Positions 1 to 9,323 of a DNA stretch of 64,000 nt are shown here, piece after piece (the stretch's first letter is position 1; each line of letters opens with the position of its first letter). The position numbers were made by a program, and so were the translations under genes. Source of the stretch: Escherichia coli (GTDB lineage: Bacteria; Pseudomonadota; Gammaproteobacteria; Enterobacterales; Enterobacteriaceae); assembly GCF_044647545.1 (NCBI RefSeq), contig NZ_CP172818.1; one strand, 5' to 3'. The notes below the pieces were generated by a model. It had not been told where the DNA came from, did no database searches, and saw only the letters and a list, made by a program, of their open reading frames with translations.

Positions 1-467
1 CTTTTGTTGGCAATCGTTACTCCCGCGAGCTGTTTATCGTGCCGGTATGGCGTAAAAGCTGGTGGCAGGGCGTGTGGTATGAAATCCGCTGGTATCTGTT
101 TCTGGCAAAACGTCCGAGTGCCGATATAGGCCATAACCCCATCGCCCAGGCGGCGATGTTCGGCTATTTCCTGATGTCAGTTTTTATGATCATCACCGGC
201 TTTGCGCTGTACAGCGAACACAGCCAGTACGCTATTTTTGCGCCGTTCCGTTATGTGGTGGAATTTTTCTACTGGACGGGCGGCAACTCAATGGACATTC
301 ACAGCTGGCATCGGCTGGGGATGTGGCTGATTGGCGCGTTTGTGATCGGTCATGTCTACATGGCGCTGCGTGAAGACATCATGTCCGACGACACAGTGAT
401 CTCCACCATGGTCAACGGCTACCGTAGCCACAAATTTGGCAAAATAAGTAACAAGGAGCGTTCATGA
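1..467 (+). CDS. hyaC: Hydrogenase 1 b-type cytochrome subunit, 3' portion (gene starts upstream of window)
   Basis: ORF ending at 467; translation matches HyaC C-terminus; followed by hyaDEF with overlapping stop/start (ATGA). Confidence 0.85.
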   Translation, partial: FVGNRYSRELFIVPVWRKSWWQGVWYEIRWYLFLAKRPSADIGHNPIAQAAMFGYFLMSVFMIITGFALYSEHSQYAIFAPFRYVVEFFYWTGGNSMDIHSWHRLGMWLIGAFVIGHVYMALREDIMSDDTVISTMVNGYRSHKFGKISNKERS

Positions 468-1051
468 GCGAGCAACGCGTGGTGGTAATGGGGCTGGGCA
501 ACCTGCTGTGGGCCGATGAAGGCTTCGGCGTGCGGGTGGCGGAACGGTTGTATGCCCATTACCACTGGCCCGATGAAGTCGAGATTGTTGATGGCGGCAC
601 TCAGGGACTGAACTTGCTGGGGTATGTCGAAAGCGCCAGCCACTTGCTGATTCTCGACGCCATTGATTACGGGCTGGAACCCGGAACGCTGCGAACCTAT
701 GCCGGAGAACGCATTCCGGCCTATCTCAGCGCGAAGAAAATGAGCCTGCACCAGAACAGTTTCTCCGAAGTACTGGCGCTGGCAGATATCCGCGGAAATC
801 TGCCAGCACATATTGCCCTCGTCGGCCTGCAACCCGCGATGCTCGACGACTACGGCGGCAGCCTGAGCGAACTGGCGCGGGAGCAACTGCCCGCCGCGGA
901 ACAGGCGGCGCTGGTACAGCTGGCGGCCTGGGGAATTGTACCGCAACCGACTGAGGAGTTGCGCTGTCTCAATTATGACTGTCTGTCGATGGAAAATTAC
1001 GAAGGCGTTCGCTTGCGTCAGTACAAGATGAGGCTGGAGGAACAGGGATGA
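464..1051 (+). CDS. hyaD: Hydrogenase 1 maturation protease
   Basis: 195-aa ORF, start overlaps hyaC stop; sequence recognised as HyaD. Confidence 0.9.
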   Translation: MSEQRVVVMGLGNLLWADEGFGVRVAERLYAHYHWPDEVEIVDGGTQGLNLLGYVESASHLLILDAIDYGLEPGTLRTYAGERIPAYLSAKKMSLHQNSFSEVLALADIRGNLPAHIALVGLQPAMLDDYGGSLSELAREQLPAAEQAALVQLAAWGIVPQPTEELRCLNYDCLSMENYEGVRLRQYKMRLEEQG

Positions 1052-1446
1052 GCAACGACACACCATTTGATGCGTTGTGGCAACGAATGCTGGCGCGCGG
1101 CTGGACGCCGATCAGTGAATCCCGTCTTGACGACTGGCTTACGCAAGCGCCAGACGGCGTGGTGTTATTAAGTAGTGACCCGAAACGCACGCCAGAAGTC
1201 AGCGATAACCCGGTCATGATTGGCGAATTACTGCGCGAGTTTCCCGACTATACATGGCAGGTAGCGATTGCTGATCTTGAGCAGAGCGAAGCCATCGGCG
1301 ATCGCTTTGGCGTCTTTCGCTTTCCCGCCACATTAGTGTTTACCGGCGGAAACTATCGCGGCGTGCTGAATGGTATTCACCCGTGGGCGGAACTGATAAA
1401 CCTGATGCGTGGGCTTGTCGAACCACAACAGGAGCGTGCCTCATGA
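1048..1446 (+). CDS. hyaE: Hydrogenase 1 operon protein HyaE
   Basis: 132-aa ORF translationally coupled to hyaD. Confidence 0.9.
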   Translation: MSNDTPFDALWQRMLARGWTPISESRLDDWLTQAPDGVVLLSSDPKRTPEVSDNPVMIGELLREFPDYTWQVAIADLEQSEAIGDRFGVFRFPATLVFTGGNYRGVLNGIHPWAELINLMRGLVEPQQERAS

Positions 1447-2300
1447 GCGAAACTTTTTTCCATCTGCTGGGGCCAGGAACGCAACCGAACGATGACAGTT
1501 TCAGCATGAATCCACTGCCGATCACCTGTCAGGTGAATGATGAACCGAGTATGGCGGCCCTGGAGCAATGTGCTCACAGCCCGCAGGTGATTGCGCTGTT
1601 AAACGAGTTACAACATCAACTAAGCGAACGCCAGCCGCCGTTGGGCGAGGTGCTGGCAGTCGATCTGTTAAATCTCAACGCCGACGATCGTCACTTTATC
1701 AATACGCTTCTCGGGGAAGGGGAAGTGTCAGTGCGCATACAGCAGGCTGACGACAGTGAAAGTGAAATACAGGAGGCGATCTTCTGCGGATTATGGCGGG
1801 TGCGCAGACGTCGCGGCGACAAGTTGCTGGAGGACAAACTGGAGGCTGGCTGCGCGCCGCTGGCATTGTGGCAGGCGGCAACGCAAAACGTCTTGCCGAC
1901 AGATTCGCTGTTACCGCCGCCCATTGATGGCCTGATGAATGGCCTACCGTTGGCGCATGAGCTACTGGCGCATGTACGTAACCCCGACGCGCAGCCGCAC
2001 AGCATTAATCTGACGCAATTACCCATCAGCGAGGCTGATCGGCTTTTTCTCTCACGTCTCTGTGGGCCGGGAAATATTCAGATTCGTACCATTGGCTATG
2101 GCGAGAGCTATATCAACGCCACGGGGTTACGCCATGTCTGGCATTTACGCTGTACGGACACCTTAAAAGGCCCGTTACTGGAAAGTTATGAAATCTGCCC
2201 AATACCGGAAGTGGTGCTGGCAGCGCCAGAAGATTTGGTCGACTCTGCGCAGCGGCTTAGCGAGGTATGTCAGTGGCTGGCGGAAGGTGCACCGACGTAA
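1443..2300 (+). CDS. hyaF: Hydrogenase 1 operon protein HyaF
   Basis: ATG at 1443 overlapping hyaE stop gives 285 aa; the ORF track shows a longer upstream alternative start. Confidence 0.85.
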   Translation: MSETFFHLLGPGTQPNDDSFSMNPLPITCQVNDEPSMAALEQCAHSPQVIALLNELQHQLSERQPPLGEVLAVDLLNLNADDRHFINTLLGEGEVSVRIQQADDSESEIQEAIFCGLWRVRRRRGDKLLEDKLEAGCAPLALWQAATQNVLPTDSLLPPPIDGLMNGLPLAHELLAHVRNPDAQPHSINLTQLPISEADRLFLSRLCGPGNIQIRTIGYGESYINATGLRHVWHLRCTDTLKGPLLESYEICPIPEVVLAAPEDLVDSAQRLSEVCQWLAEGAPT

Positions 2301-2433
2301 AAAGACGGTAAGTATCGCTTTCAGTCTTATGAATATCGCAATCGGCGAATACCTCTGGTCGTAGAGTTTCAGGATAAAGAGGGAGATCTACCATTATCGG
2401 GTTATTTTTCTCTCTTCGCCTACAGGAGTGCGC

Positions 2434-3978
2434 ATGTGGGATGTCATTGATTTATCGCGCTGGCAGTTTGCACTGACCGCGCTGTATCACTTTTTATTTG
2501 TACCCCTTACCCTGGGGCTGATTTTTTTGCTGGCTATCATGGAAACCATTTACGTGGTCACCGGCAAAACAATCTACCGCGATATGACGCGCTTCTGGGG
2601 TAAGCTCTTCGGTATCAACTTTGCTCTTGGCGTGGCTACCGGCCTGACCATGGAGTTTCAGTTTGGTACTAACTGGTCATTCTATTCCAACTATGTGGGC
2701 GATATTTTTGGCGCACCGCTGGCAATGGAAGCATTAATGGCCTTCTTCCTCGAATCCACCTTTGTCGGGCTGTTCTTCTTCGGCTGGCAGCGGCTGAATA
2801 AATACCAGCACCTGCTGGTGACGTGGCTGGTGGCGTTCGGTTCAAATCTCTCTGCATTGTGGATATTGAATGCCAACGGTTGGATGCAATACCCGACCGG
2901 TGCGCATTTTGATATCGACACCCTGCGTATGGAGATGACCAGTTTCAGCGAGTTGGTCTTTAACCCGGTCAGCCAGGTGAAATTTGTGCACACCGTAATG
3001 GCGGGATACGTGACCGGGGCCATGTTTATTATGGCGATCAGCGCCTGGTATTTACTGCGCGGACGGGAGCGCGATGTCGCATTACGCTCGTTTGCCATCG
3101 GTTCCGTCTTCGGTACTCTGGCGATTATCGGTACGCTGCAACTCGGAGACAGTTCTGCGTATGAAGTCGCGCAAGTACAACCGGTAAAACTGGCGGCGAT
3201 GGAAGGGGAGTGGCAAACAGAACCTGCACCTGCACCGTTCCATGTGGTTGCCTGGCCGGAACAGGATCAAGAGCGTAACGCCTTTGCCATCAAAATTCCC
3301 GCGCTGCTAGGGATCCTCGCCACTCACTCATTAGATAAACCCGTGCCGGGTCTGAAGAATTTGATGGCTGAAACCTACCCACGCTTGCAACGCGGACGTA
3401 TGGCCTGGCTGTTAATGCAGGAAATATCGCAAGGCAATCGTGAGCCGCATGTGTTGCAGGCATTCCGGGAGCTGGAAGGCGACCTGGGTTACGGCATGTT
3501 GCTCTCCCGCTATGCGCCGGATATGAATCATGTCACAGCCACACAGTACCAGGCGGCGATGCGTGGCGCGATACCTCAGGTTGCGCCGGTATTCTGGAGT
3601 TTCCGCATCATGGTAGGCTGTGGTTCCCTGCTGTTACTGGTGATGCTGATTGCGCTTGTCCAGACGCTGCGTGGCAAAATCGACCAGCATCGCTGGGTGC
3701 TGAAAATGGCGCTCTGGAGTTTGCCGCTTCCGTGGATTGCGATTGAAGCCGGATGGTTTATGACCGAGTTTGGTCGTCAGCCGTGGGCGATACAGGACAT
3801 CTTACCGACATACTCCGCGCACTCCGCCTTAACCACAGGACAACTGGCTTTCTCACTGATCATGATCGTAGGGCTTTACACCCTGTTCTTAATCGCCGAA
3901 GTCTACCTGATGCAGAAATATGCCCGTCTGGGGCCGAGCGCGATGCAGAGTGAACAACCGACGCAGCAACAGGGGTAA
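2434..3978 (+). CDS. appC: Cytochrome bd-II ubiquinol oxidase subunit I
   Basis: 514 aa from ATG 2434 ([11 protein letters not shown]...); multi-pass membrane protein. Confidence 0.92.
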   Translation: MWDVIDLSRWQFALTALYHFLFVPLTLGLIFLLAIMETIYVVTGKTIYRDMTRFWGKLFGINFALGVATGLTMEFQFGTNWSFYSNYVGDIFGAPLAMEALMAFFLESTFVGLFFFGWQRLNKYQHLLVTWLVAFGSNLSALWILNANGWMQYPTGAHFDIDTLRMEMTSFSELVFNPVSQVKFVHTVMAGYVTGAMFIMAISAWYLLRGRERDVALRSFAIGSVFGTLAIIGTLQLGDSSAYEVAQVQPVKLAAMEGEWQTEPAPAPFHVVAWPEQDQERNAFAIKIPALLGILATHSLDKPVPGLKNLMAETYPRLQRGRMAWLLMQEISQGNREPHVLQAFRELEGDLGYGMLLSRYAPDMNHVTATQYQAAMRGAIPQVAPVFWSFRIMVGCGSLLLLVMLIALVQTLRGKIDQHRWVLKMALWSLPLPWIAIEAGWFMTEFGRQPWAIQDILPTYSAHSALTTGQLAFSLIMIVGLYTLFLIAEVYLMQKYARLGPSAMQSEQPTQQQG

Positions 3979-3989
3979 AGGAGAAAATC

Positions 3990-5126
3990 ATGTTTGATTA
4001 TGAAACATTGCGCTTCATCTGGTGGCTGCTGATTGGCGTGATCCTGGTGGTCTTTATGGTCTCCGACGGATTTGACATGGGGATCGGCTGTCTGCTGCCG
4101 CTGGTGGCGCGTAATGATGATGAACGTCGGATAGTGATAAACAGCGTTGGCGCGCACTGGGAAGGCAATCAGGTCTGGTTGATCCTCGCAGGTGGGGCAT
4201 TATTTGCCGCCTGGCCCAGAGTGTATGCAGCGGCGTTTTCCGGCTTTTATGTGGCGATGATCCTGGTGCTGTGCTCGCTGTTCTTCCGCCCGCTGGCCTT
4301 TGATTATCGCGGAAAAATTGCCGATGCACGCTGGCGTAAAATGTGGGATGCCGGTCTGGTCATCGGCAGTCTGGTGCCGCCGGTAGTCTTCGGTATCGCC
4401 TTCGGCAACTTGTTGCTCGGCGTGCCGTTTGCCTTTACACCGCAATTACGCGTGGAGTATCTCGGCAGCTTCTGGCAACTGCTGACGCCATTCCCTTTAT
4501 TGTGCGGATTGCTCAGCCTTGGGATGGTGATTTTGCAAGGTGGCGTCTGGTTACAACTGAAAACTGTTGGTGTGATTCATCTGCGTTCACAGCTCGCGAC
4601 CAAACGCGCCGCACTACTGGTGATGCTGTGCTTTTTGCTGGCGGGTTACTGGCTGTGGGTCGGTATTGATGGCTTTGTACTGCTCGCCCAGGATGCTAAC
4701 GGTCCTTCCAATCCGTTAATGAAACTGGTGGCAGTGCTACCTGGTGCCTGGATGAATAATTTTGTCGAATCGCCCGTTTTGTGGATCTTCCCGCTGCTGG
4801 GGTTCTTCTGCCCATTGCTGACGGTGATGGCGATTTATCGTGGTCGCCCGGGTTGGGGATTTTTGATGGCATCATTGATGCAATTTGGCGTGATTTTCAC
4901 GGCAGGCATCACGCTGTTCCCCTTTGTCATGCCGTCAAGCGTGAGTCTAATCTCCAGCCTGACGTTGTGGGACAGCACTTCCAGTCAGCTGACGCTGAGC
5001 ATTATGTTGGTAATCGTGCTGATATTTTTGCCTATTGTGTTGCTCTACACTCTCTGGAGCTACTACAAAATGTGGGGACGCATGACGACAGAAACTCTCC
5101 GCCGTAACGAAAACGAGCTGTACTAA
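3990..5126 (+). CDS. appB: Cytochrome bd-II ubiquinol oxidase subunit II
   Basis: 378-aa hydrophobic ORF immediately after appC. Confidence 0.92.
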   Translation: MFDYETLRFIWWLLIGVILVVFMVSDGFDMGIGCLLPLVARNDDERRIVINSVGAHWEGNQVWLILAGGALFAAWPRVYAAAFSGFYVAMILVLCSLFFRPLAFDYRGKIADARWRKMWDAGLVIGSLVPPVVFGIAFGNLLLGVPFAFTPQLRVEYLGSFWQLLTPFPLLCGLLSLGMVILQGGVWLQLKTVGVIHLRSQLATKRAALLVMLCFLLAGYWLWVGIDGFVLLAQDANGPSNPLMKLVAVLPGAWMNNFVESPVLWIFPLLGFFCPLLTVMAIYRGRPGWGFLMASLMQFGVIFTAGITLFPFVMPSSVSLISSLTLWDSTSSQLTLSIMLVIVLIFLPIVLLYTLWSYYKMWGRMTTETLRRNENELY

Positions 5127-5138
5127 GGAGCAGGAACA

Positions 5139-5231
5139 ATGTGGTATTTACTTTGGTTCGTCGGCATTTTGTTGATGTGTTCGCTCTCCACCCTTGTGTT
5201 GGTATGGCTGGACCCGCGTCTGAAAAGTTAA
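5139..5231 (+). CDS. appX: Small membrane protein of cytochrome bd-II (30 aa, MWYLLWFVGILLMCSLSTLVLVWLDPRLKS)
   Basis: Short ORF with RBS directly after appB; below the length cut-off of the ORF track. Confidence 0.75.
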   Translation: MWYLLWFVGILLMCSLSTLVLVWLDPRLKS

Positions 5232-5240
5232 CGAACGTAA

Positions 5241-5272
5241 GCCTGATGTGGCGCATTAGCATCGCATCAGGC
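5241..5272. repeat. REP-like palindromic element (gcctgatg...catcaggc)
   Basis: Imperfect inverted repeat typical of enterobacterial REP units between appX and appA. Confidence 0.5.
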
Positions 5273-5310
5273 AATCAATAATGTCAGATATGAAAAGCGG
5301 AAACATATCG

Positions 5311-6576
5311 ATGAAAGCGATCTTAATCCCATTCTTATCTCTTCTGATTCCGTTCACCCCGCAATCTGCATTCGCTCAGAGTGAGCCGGAGCTGAAGCTG
5401 GAAAGTGTGGTGATTGTCAGTCGTCATGGTGTGCGTGCTCCAACCAAGGCCACGCAACTGATGCAGGATGTCACCCCAGACGCATGGCCAACCTGGCCGG
5501 TAAAACTGGGTTGGCTGACACCGCGCGGTGGTGAGCTGATCGCCTATCTCGGACATTACCAACGCCAGCGTCTGGTAGCCGACGGATTGCTGACGAAAAA
5601 GGGCTGCCCGCAGCCTGGTCAGGTCGCGATTATTGCTGATGTCGACGAGCGTACCCGTAAAACAGGCGAAGCCTTCGCCGCCGGGCTGGCACCTGACTGT
5701 GCAATAACCGTACATACCCAGGCAGATACGTCCAGTCCCGATCCGTTATTTAATCCTCTAAAAAATGGCGTTTGCCAACTGGATAACGCGAATGTGACTG
5801 ACGCGATCCTCAGCAGGGCAGGAGGGTCAATTGCTGACTTTACCGGGCATCGGCAAACGGCGTTTCGCGAACTGGAACAGGTGCTTAATTTCCCACAATC
5901 AAACTTGTGCCTTAACCGTGAGAAACAGGACAAAAGTTGTTCATTAACGCAGGCATTACCATCGGAACTCAAGGTGAGCGCCGACAATGTCTCATTAACC
6001 GGTGCGGTAAGCCTAGCGTCAATGCTGACGGAGATATTTCTCCTGCAACAGGCACAAGGAATGCCGGAGCCGGGGTGGGGAAGGATCACTGATTCACACC
6101 AGTGGAACACCTTGCTAAGTTTGCATAACGCGCAATTTTATTTACTACAACGCACGCCAGAGGTTGCCCGCAGTCGCGCCACCCCGTTATTGGATTTGAT
6201 CATGGCAGCGTTGACGCCCCATCCACCGCAAAAACAGGCGTATGGTGTGACATTACCCACTTCAGTGCTGTTTATCGCCGGACACGATACTAATCTGGCA
6301 AATCTCGGCGGCGCACTGGAGCTCAACTGGACGCTTCCTGGTCAGCCGGATAACACGCCGCCAGGAGGTGAACTGGTGTTTGAACGCTGGCGTCGGCTTA
6401 GCGATAACAGCCAGTGGATTCAGGTTTCGCTGGTCTTTCAGACTTTACAGCAGATGCGTGATAAAACGCCGCTATCATTAAATACGCCGCCCGGAGAGGT
6501 GAAACTGACCCTGGCAGGATGTGAAGAGCGAAACGCGCAGGGCAGTGTTCGTTGGCCGGTTTTACGCAAATCGTGA
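5311..6576 (+). CDS. appA: Periplasmic acid phosphatase / phytase AppA with aberrant C-terminus (about 421 aa; canonical about 432 aa)
   Basis: MKAILIPFLSLLIPFTPQSAFA signal peptide and RHGVRAP histidine acid phosphatase motif; C-terminus ends ...NAQGSVRWPVLRKS instead of the canonical ...NAQGMCSLAGFTQIVNEARIPACSL. Confidence 0.85.
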   Translation: MKAILIPFLSLLIPFTPQSAFAQSEPELKLESVVIVSRHGVRAPTKATQLMQDVTPDAWPTWPVKLGWLTPRGGELIAYLGHYQRQRLVADGLLTKKGCPQPGQVAIIADVDERTRKTGEAFAAGLAPDCAITVHTQADTSSPDPLFNPLKNGVCQLDNANVTDAILSRAGGSIADFTGHRQTAFRELEQVLNFPQSNLCLNREKQDKSCSLTQALPSELKVSADNVSLTGAVSLASMLTEIFLLQQAQGMPEPGWGRITDSHQWNTLLSLHNAQFYLLQRTPEVARSRATPLLDLIMAALTPHPPQKQAYGVTLPTSVLFIAGHDTNLANLGGALELNWTLPGQPDNTPPGGELVFERWRRLSDNSQWIQVSLVFQTLQQMRDKTPLSLNTPPGEVKLTLAGCEERNAQGSVRWPVLRKS

Positions 6577-6581
6577 ATGAA

Positions 6582-6840
6582 CGGGGGGACGACGGGCGAC
6601 GGGGGCCGCGGGGAAGACGACGGGACGCGGGGCTATCCGCCAGCGCGGCTGTTCGCGTTGCGGGTCGCGGCGCGGGCCCCGTGGTGCGCCTGCCGCTGGG
6701 CGCCTGGCCTGCTCGGCCTGCGGGGGTTGGTGCGGCGGGGCCGCTTGTCCCGCCGGGCGCCGCGCGCGTCCGCGGGCGGCCGTCGGCGCTCGGCGCGGGC
6801 GGGCCGCGCCTCGGGGGCCGCCCCCCCCGGGCGCCTCTCC
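6582..6840. other. Anomalous extremely GC-rich segment (about 260 bp, mostly G/C) between appA and cspH
   Basis: Composition completely unlike the flanks; G-tracts and a C8 run; only composition-driven Arg/Gly/Pro/Ala ORFs on both strands. Confidence 0.8.
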
Positions 6841-6841
6841 A

Positions 6842-7054
6842 TCAAGACAAATAAACATTTGCCGCTGTTGGTCCTCGCAGGCCATTTACGCGGCAAAATT
6901 CCACGCGTAATCCTGGTATAAGCACTTCTGCGTCGCGGGGAGTGAATGCGGAAATATGGACCTGGACTTCTTTACGACCGTCGGAGGGGATAATGAATCC
7001 TTTGCCGCTTTTGCGATCAAAGGTTTTGACAATTCCTGTCATTTTACGGGACAA
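6842..7054 (-). CDS. cspH: Cold shock-like protein CspH
   Basis: 70-aa [16 protein letters not shown]...; cold-shock domain. Confidence 0.9.
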
Positions 7055-7339
7055 ACAAATTCCTTACTGAAAATACTGCGCTGCACTATACGGGGTTAAT
7101 AAAATAAAGCCAGCGATATTTAAGACCGCCGGACGGCTAAAATAAAATTTGCTTAATCTCAATTATCATGCGTTAATAGCTGCGTCGGTTTGAAAGACAG
7201 ACAGCATACAAAGTAGTTTACTAAAGCAGTTCTCATTATCAGGCATTATCCCCTTCTTTTGAGTCTCTCTCCTGAACACTAAGTAGTTTCTGTATTAAAG
7301 CCCTGTTTGCCGAAAGGCCCAAAATGAAGGAAGTAAAAT

Positions 7340-7552
7340 ATGTCTAATAAAATGACTGGTTTAGTAAAATGGTTTAACGCAGATAAAGGTTTTGGCTTTA
7401 TCACTCCTGATGATGGCAGCAAAGACGTTTTCGTCCATTTCACCGCCATCCAGAGCAATGAATTCCGCACGCTGAACGAAAATCAGAAAGTTGAATTTTC
7501 TATTGAGCAGGGGCAACGTGGTCCCGCGGCAGCGAACGTTGTTACGCTCTAA
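7340..7552 (+). CDS. cspG: Cold shock protein CspG
   Basis: 70-aa [29 protein letters not shown]... with long 5' leader as in csp genes. Confidence 0.92.
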   Translation: MSNKMTGLVKWFNADKGFGFITPDDGSKDVFVHFTAIQSNEFRTLNENQKVEFSIEQGQRGPAAANVVTL

Positions 7553-7751
7553 GGTTGCCGTTATTACTCAACATCTCCATTTCCGCTGTCCATGTTGTCA
7601 TGGTTCACAGTACCGCACATCGGCATTCGATGTGACGGAGCGAAATCCTTTAGGGGCAAAGTGTATTTTTTGTAAATCGACGATGATCACCTTTGATAAC
7701 GTCGCGCTGCAAATACGCACTGAGCATGCGCCGCTGGATTTCACAAAATAA
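7518..7751 (+). CDS. ymcE: Small protein YmcE (Sfa-like); start uncertain, overlaps the cspG 3' end
   Basis: ORF ...[35 protein letters not shown]... ending 7751; start codon choice (GTG 7518) is tentative. Confidence 0.5.
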   Translation: MVPRQRTLLRSKVAVITQHLHFRCPCCHGSQYRTSAFDVTERNPLGAKCIFCKSTMITFDNVALQIRTEHAPLDFTK

Positions 7752-7945
7752 TATCAGGCTCCCTCGTGGAGCCTTTTTTATATCTGCCTTATTTTTCTTC
7801 AACGCTGTATGTATAGTAAGCGATAACCTGTTGATTATTGAATCTTTCGGGGAGATGGCTTATAACATTTCTTACCTGACCAGGGTACCGGGAACCAACA
7901 CCTTACTGGCGTGTTGCTGTCATTTAAGACCAGAAGAGGTTAACA

Positions 7946-8119
7946 GTGAATATTGAAGAGTTAAAAAAACAAGCCGAAACGGAAATCGCTGACTTTATCG
8001 CGCAAAAAATCGCCGAGCTGAACAAGAATACAGGGAAAGAAGTCTCTGAAATTCGCTTCACCGCACGAGAAAAAATGACCGGGCTTGAAAGTTATGATGT
8101 CAAAATCAAAATAATGTGA
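7946..8119 (+). CDS. gnsA: GnsA (57 aa), GTG start
   Basis: GTG-initiated ORF VNIEELKKQAETEIADFIAQKIAELNKNTGKEVSEIRFTAREKMTGLESYDVKIKIM; missed by the ORF track because under 60 aa. Confidence 0.75.
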   Translation: MNIEELKKQAETEIADFIAQKIAELNKNTGKEVSEIRFTAREKMTGLESYDVKIKIM

Positions 8120-8125
8120 TTTTGT

Positions 8126-8154
8126 GAACATCACCCCGTGCGAGGTGATGTTCC
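8126..8154. terminator. Hairpin terminator between convergent gnsA and yccM
   Basis: gaacatcacc...ggtgatgttc inverted repeat. Confidence 0.5.
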
Positions 8155-8167
8155 GCTTGTTGCTAAT

Positions 8168-9241
8168 TTAGTGACCAATCATTGGCGCTTGCGGAATTAA
8201 GCGTCGGTACAATTCCTGCGGCACCGGGCTTTGCCATACTCCCGCATACATTGCGTAACCAATCACCGCAAACATAATCCCCAGAACCAGTAGCGTCATT
8301 AACCAGCCAGACAACGCAAAGGCTTTTTTATTTGCCGCAGGTTTTTGCAGTGAAAAGGTTAATGTTGAGGCTACCGGACATGACTCTACGCAAGTCATAC
8401 AGCCGGTACATTCCACTGTTCGTACCTGAATTAATTTATCGACCGGGATCCGTGATGGGCAATTTTTTGCGCATTTGCCACAGTCGATACAACTTTCGGC
8501 ATTGCGACGAATCTTAAACGGCGATAATAGCGAAACCATGCCCATCAGCGCGCCATATGGGCAAAGATAACGACACCAGGCATGGCGAATAAACAGGCTG
8601 GCAATCAGCAAAACGGTCACGCTGATTAATGTCGCGGTCCCCATATGACGAAAGAAATCGAGCATTTTAACGTCCATCACCACGCTGTAGGGCGACAACA
8701 TAAAATAGTGAATCGCCTGAGCGGGCATCAATAACGCGATATAGAGAAAAAAACTCAACAGCAAATACTTCACGCCGCGCAGAGGAATATCCAGCCAGCG
8801 GGGAAGGACACATTGCCGACCAAACAGTTTGTTACCGAGATCGCCGATTAATTCAGAAAGCGTACCAACCGGGCATAACCATGAGCAAAAGGCCTTTTTG
8901 AGTAATAGACTGATGACGATAAAAGCGACCAATAACAGCATCGCGGCGGCGTGGACGGACGGTAACTGACCTGTTGCAAGGCTATATTTCAGATTCATCA
9001 GACCGGCAATCGGTAGCCAGCCTTCGATACCTCCCGGTCTGGCGACAAATGTCGTACTACCTGCCGTTTCGTAATAGCGCACCCAATACCAGAACGTGAT
9101 GGCAATATAAATATTCATTGCCAACAGTAATAATTGCGTCGCTTTACGCCAGGTCGTGGCATTGCGCCAGTCATTCCACGGTAATTTGCCGCCCGTCGTG
9201 CCTGGCCGCCGCTGCCAGCGGGTTCTTTTTTTCTCTGCCAT
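8168..9241 (-). CDS. yccM: Predicted 4Fe-4S ferredoxin-type inner membrane protein
   Basis: 357-aa ORF with membrane helices and two CxxCxxCxxxCP clusters (CIDCGKCAKNCP, CTGCMTCVESCP). Confidence 0.88.
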   Translation of the reverse strand: MAEKKRTRWQRRPGTTGGKLPWNDWRNATTWRKATQLLLLAMNIYIAITFWYWVRYYETAGSTTFVARPGGIEGWLPIAGLMNLKYSLATGQLPSVHAAAMLLLVAFIVISLLLKKAFCSWLCPVGTLSELIGDLGNKLFGRQCVLPRWLDIPLRGVKYLLLSFFLYIALLMPAQAIHYFMLSPYSVVMDVKMLDFFRHMGTATLISVTVLLIASLFIRHAWCRYLCPYGALMGMVSLLSPFKIRRNAESCIDCGKCAKNCPSRIPVDKLIQVRTVECTGCMTCVESCPVASTLTFSLQKPAANKKAFALSGWLMTLLVLGIMFAVIGYAMYAGVWQSPVPQELYRRLIPQAPMIGH

Positions 9242-9323
9242 GATTTTGCCAGTCCGTTAAGTTGCATACCAAATGCCACTATTCTAGTTGTTCTTAACTG
9301 GCTGATATTGATTCAAATCGCGT

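Noticed and set aside
6552-6921. Four overlapping ORFs (87-114 aa) on both strands across the GC-rich segment
   Set aside because: Their Arg/Gly/Pro/Ala-rich translations are what any near-pure-GC DNA yields in all frames; no start context, RBS or recognisable domain
7693-7956. 87-aa plus-strand ORF between ymcE and gnsA
   Set aside because: Runs through the AT-rich intergenic region and ends at the gnsA start; gnsA (GTG start, conserved sequence) explains the coding signal better
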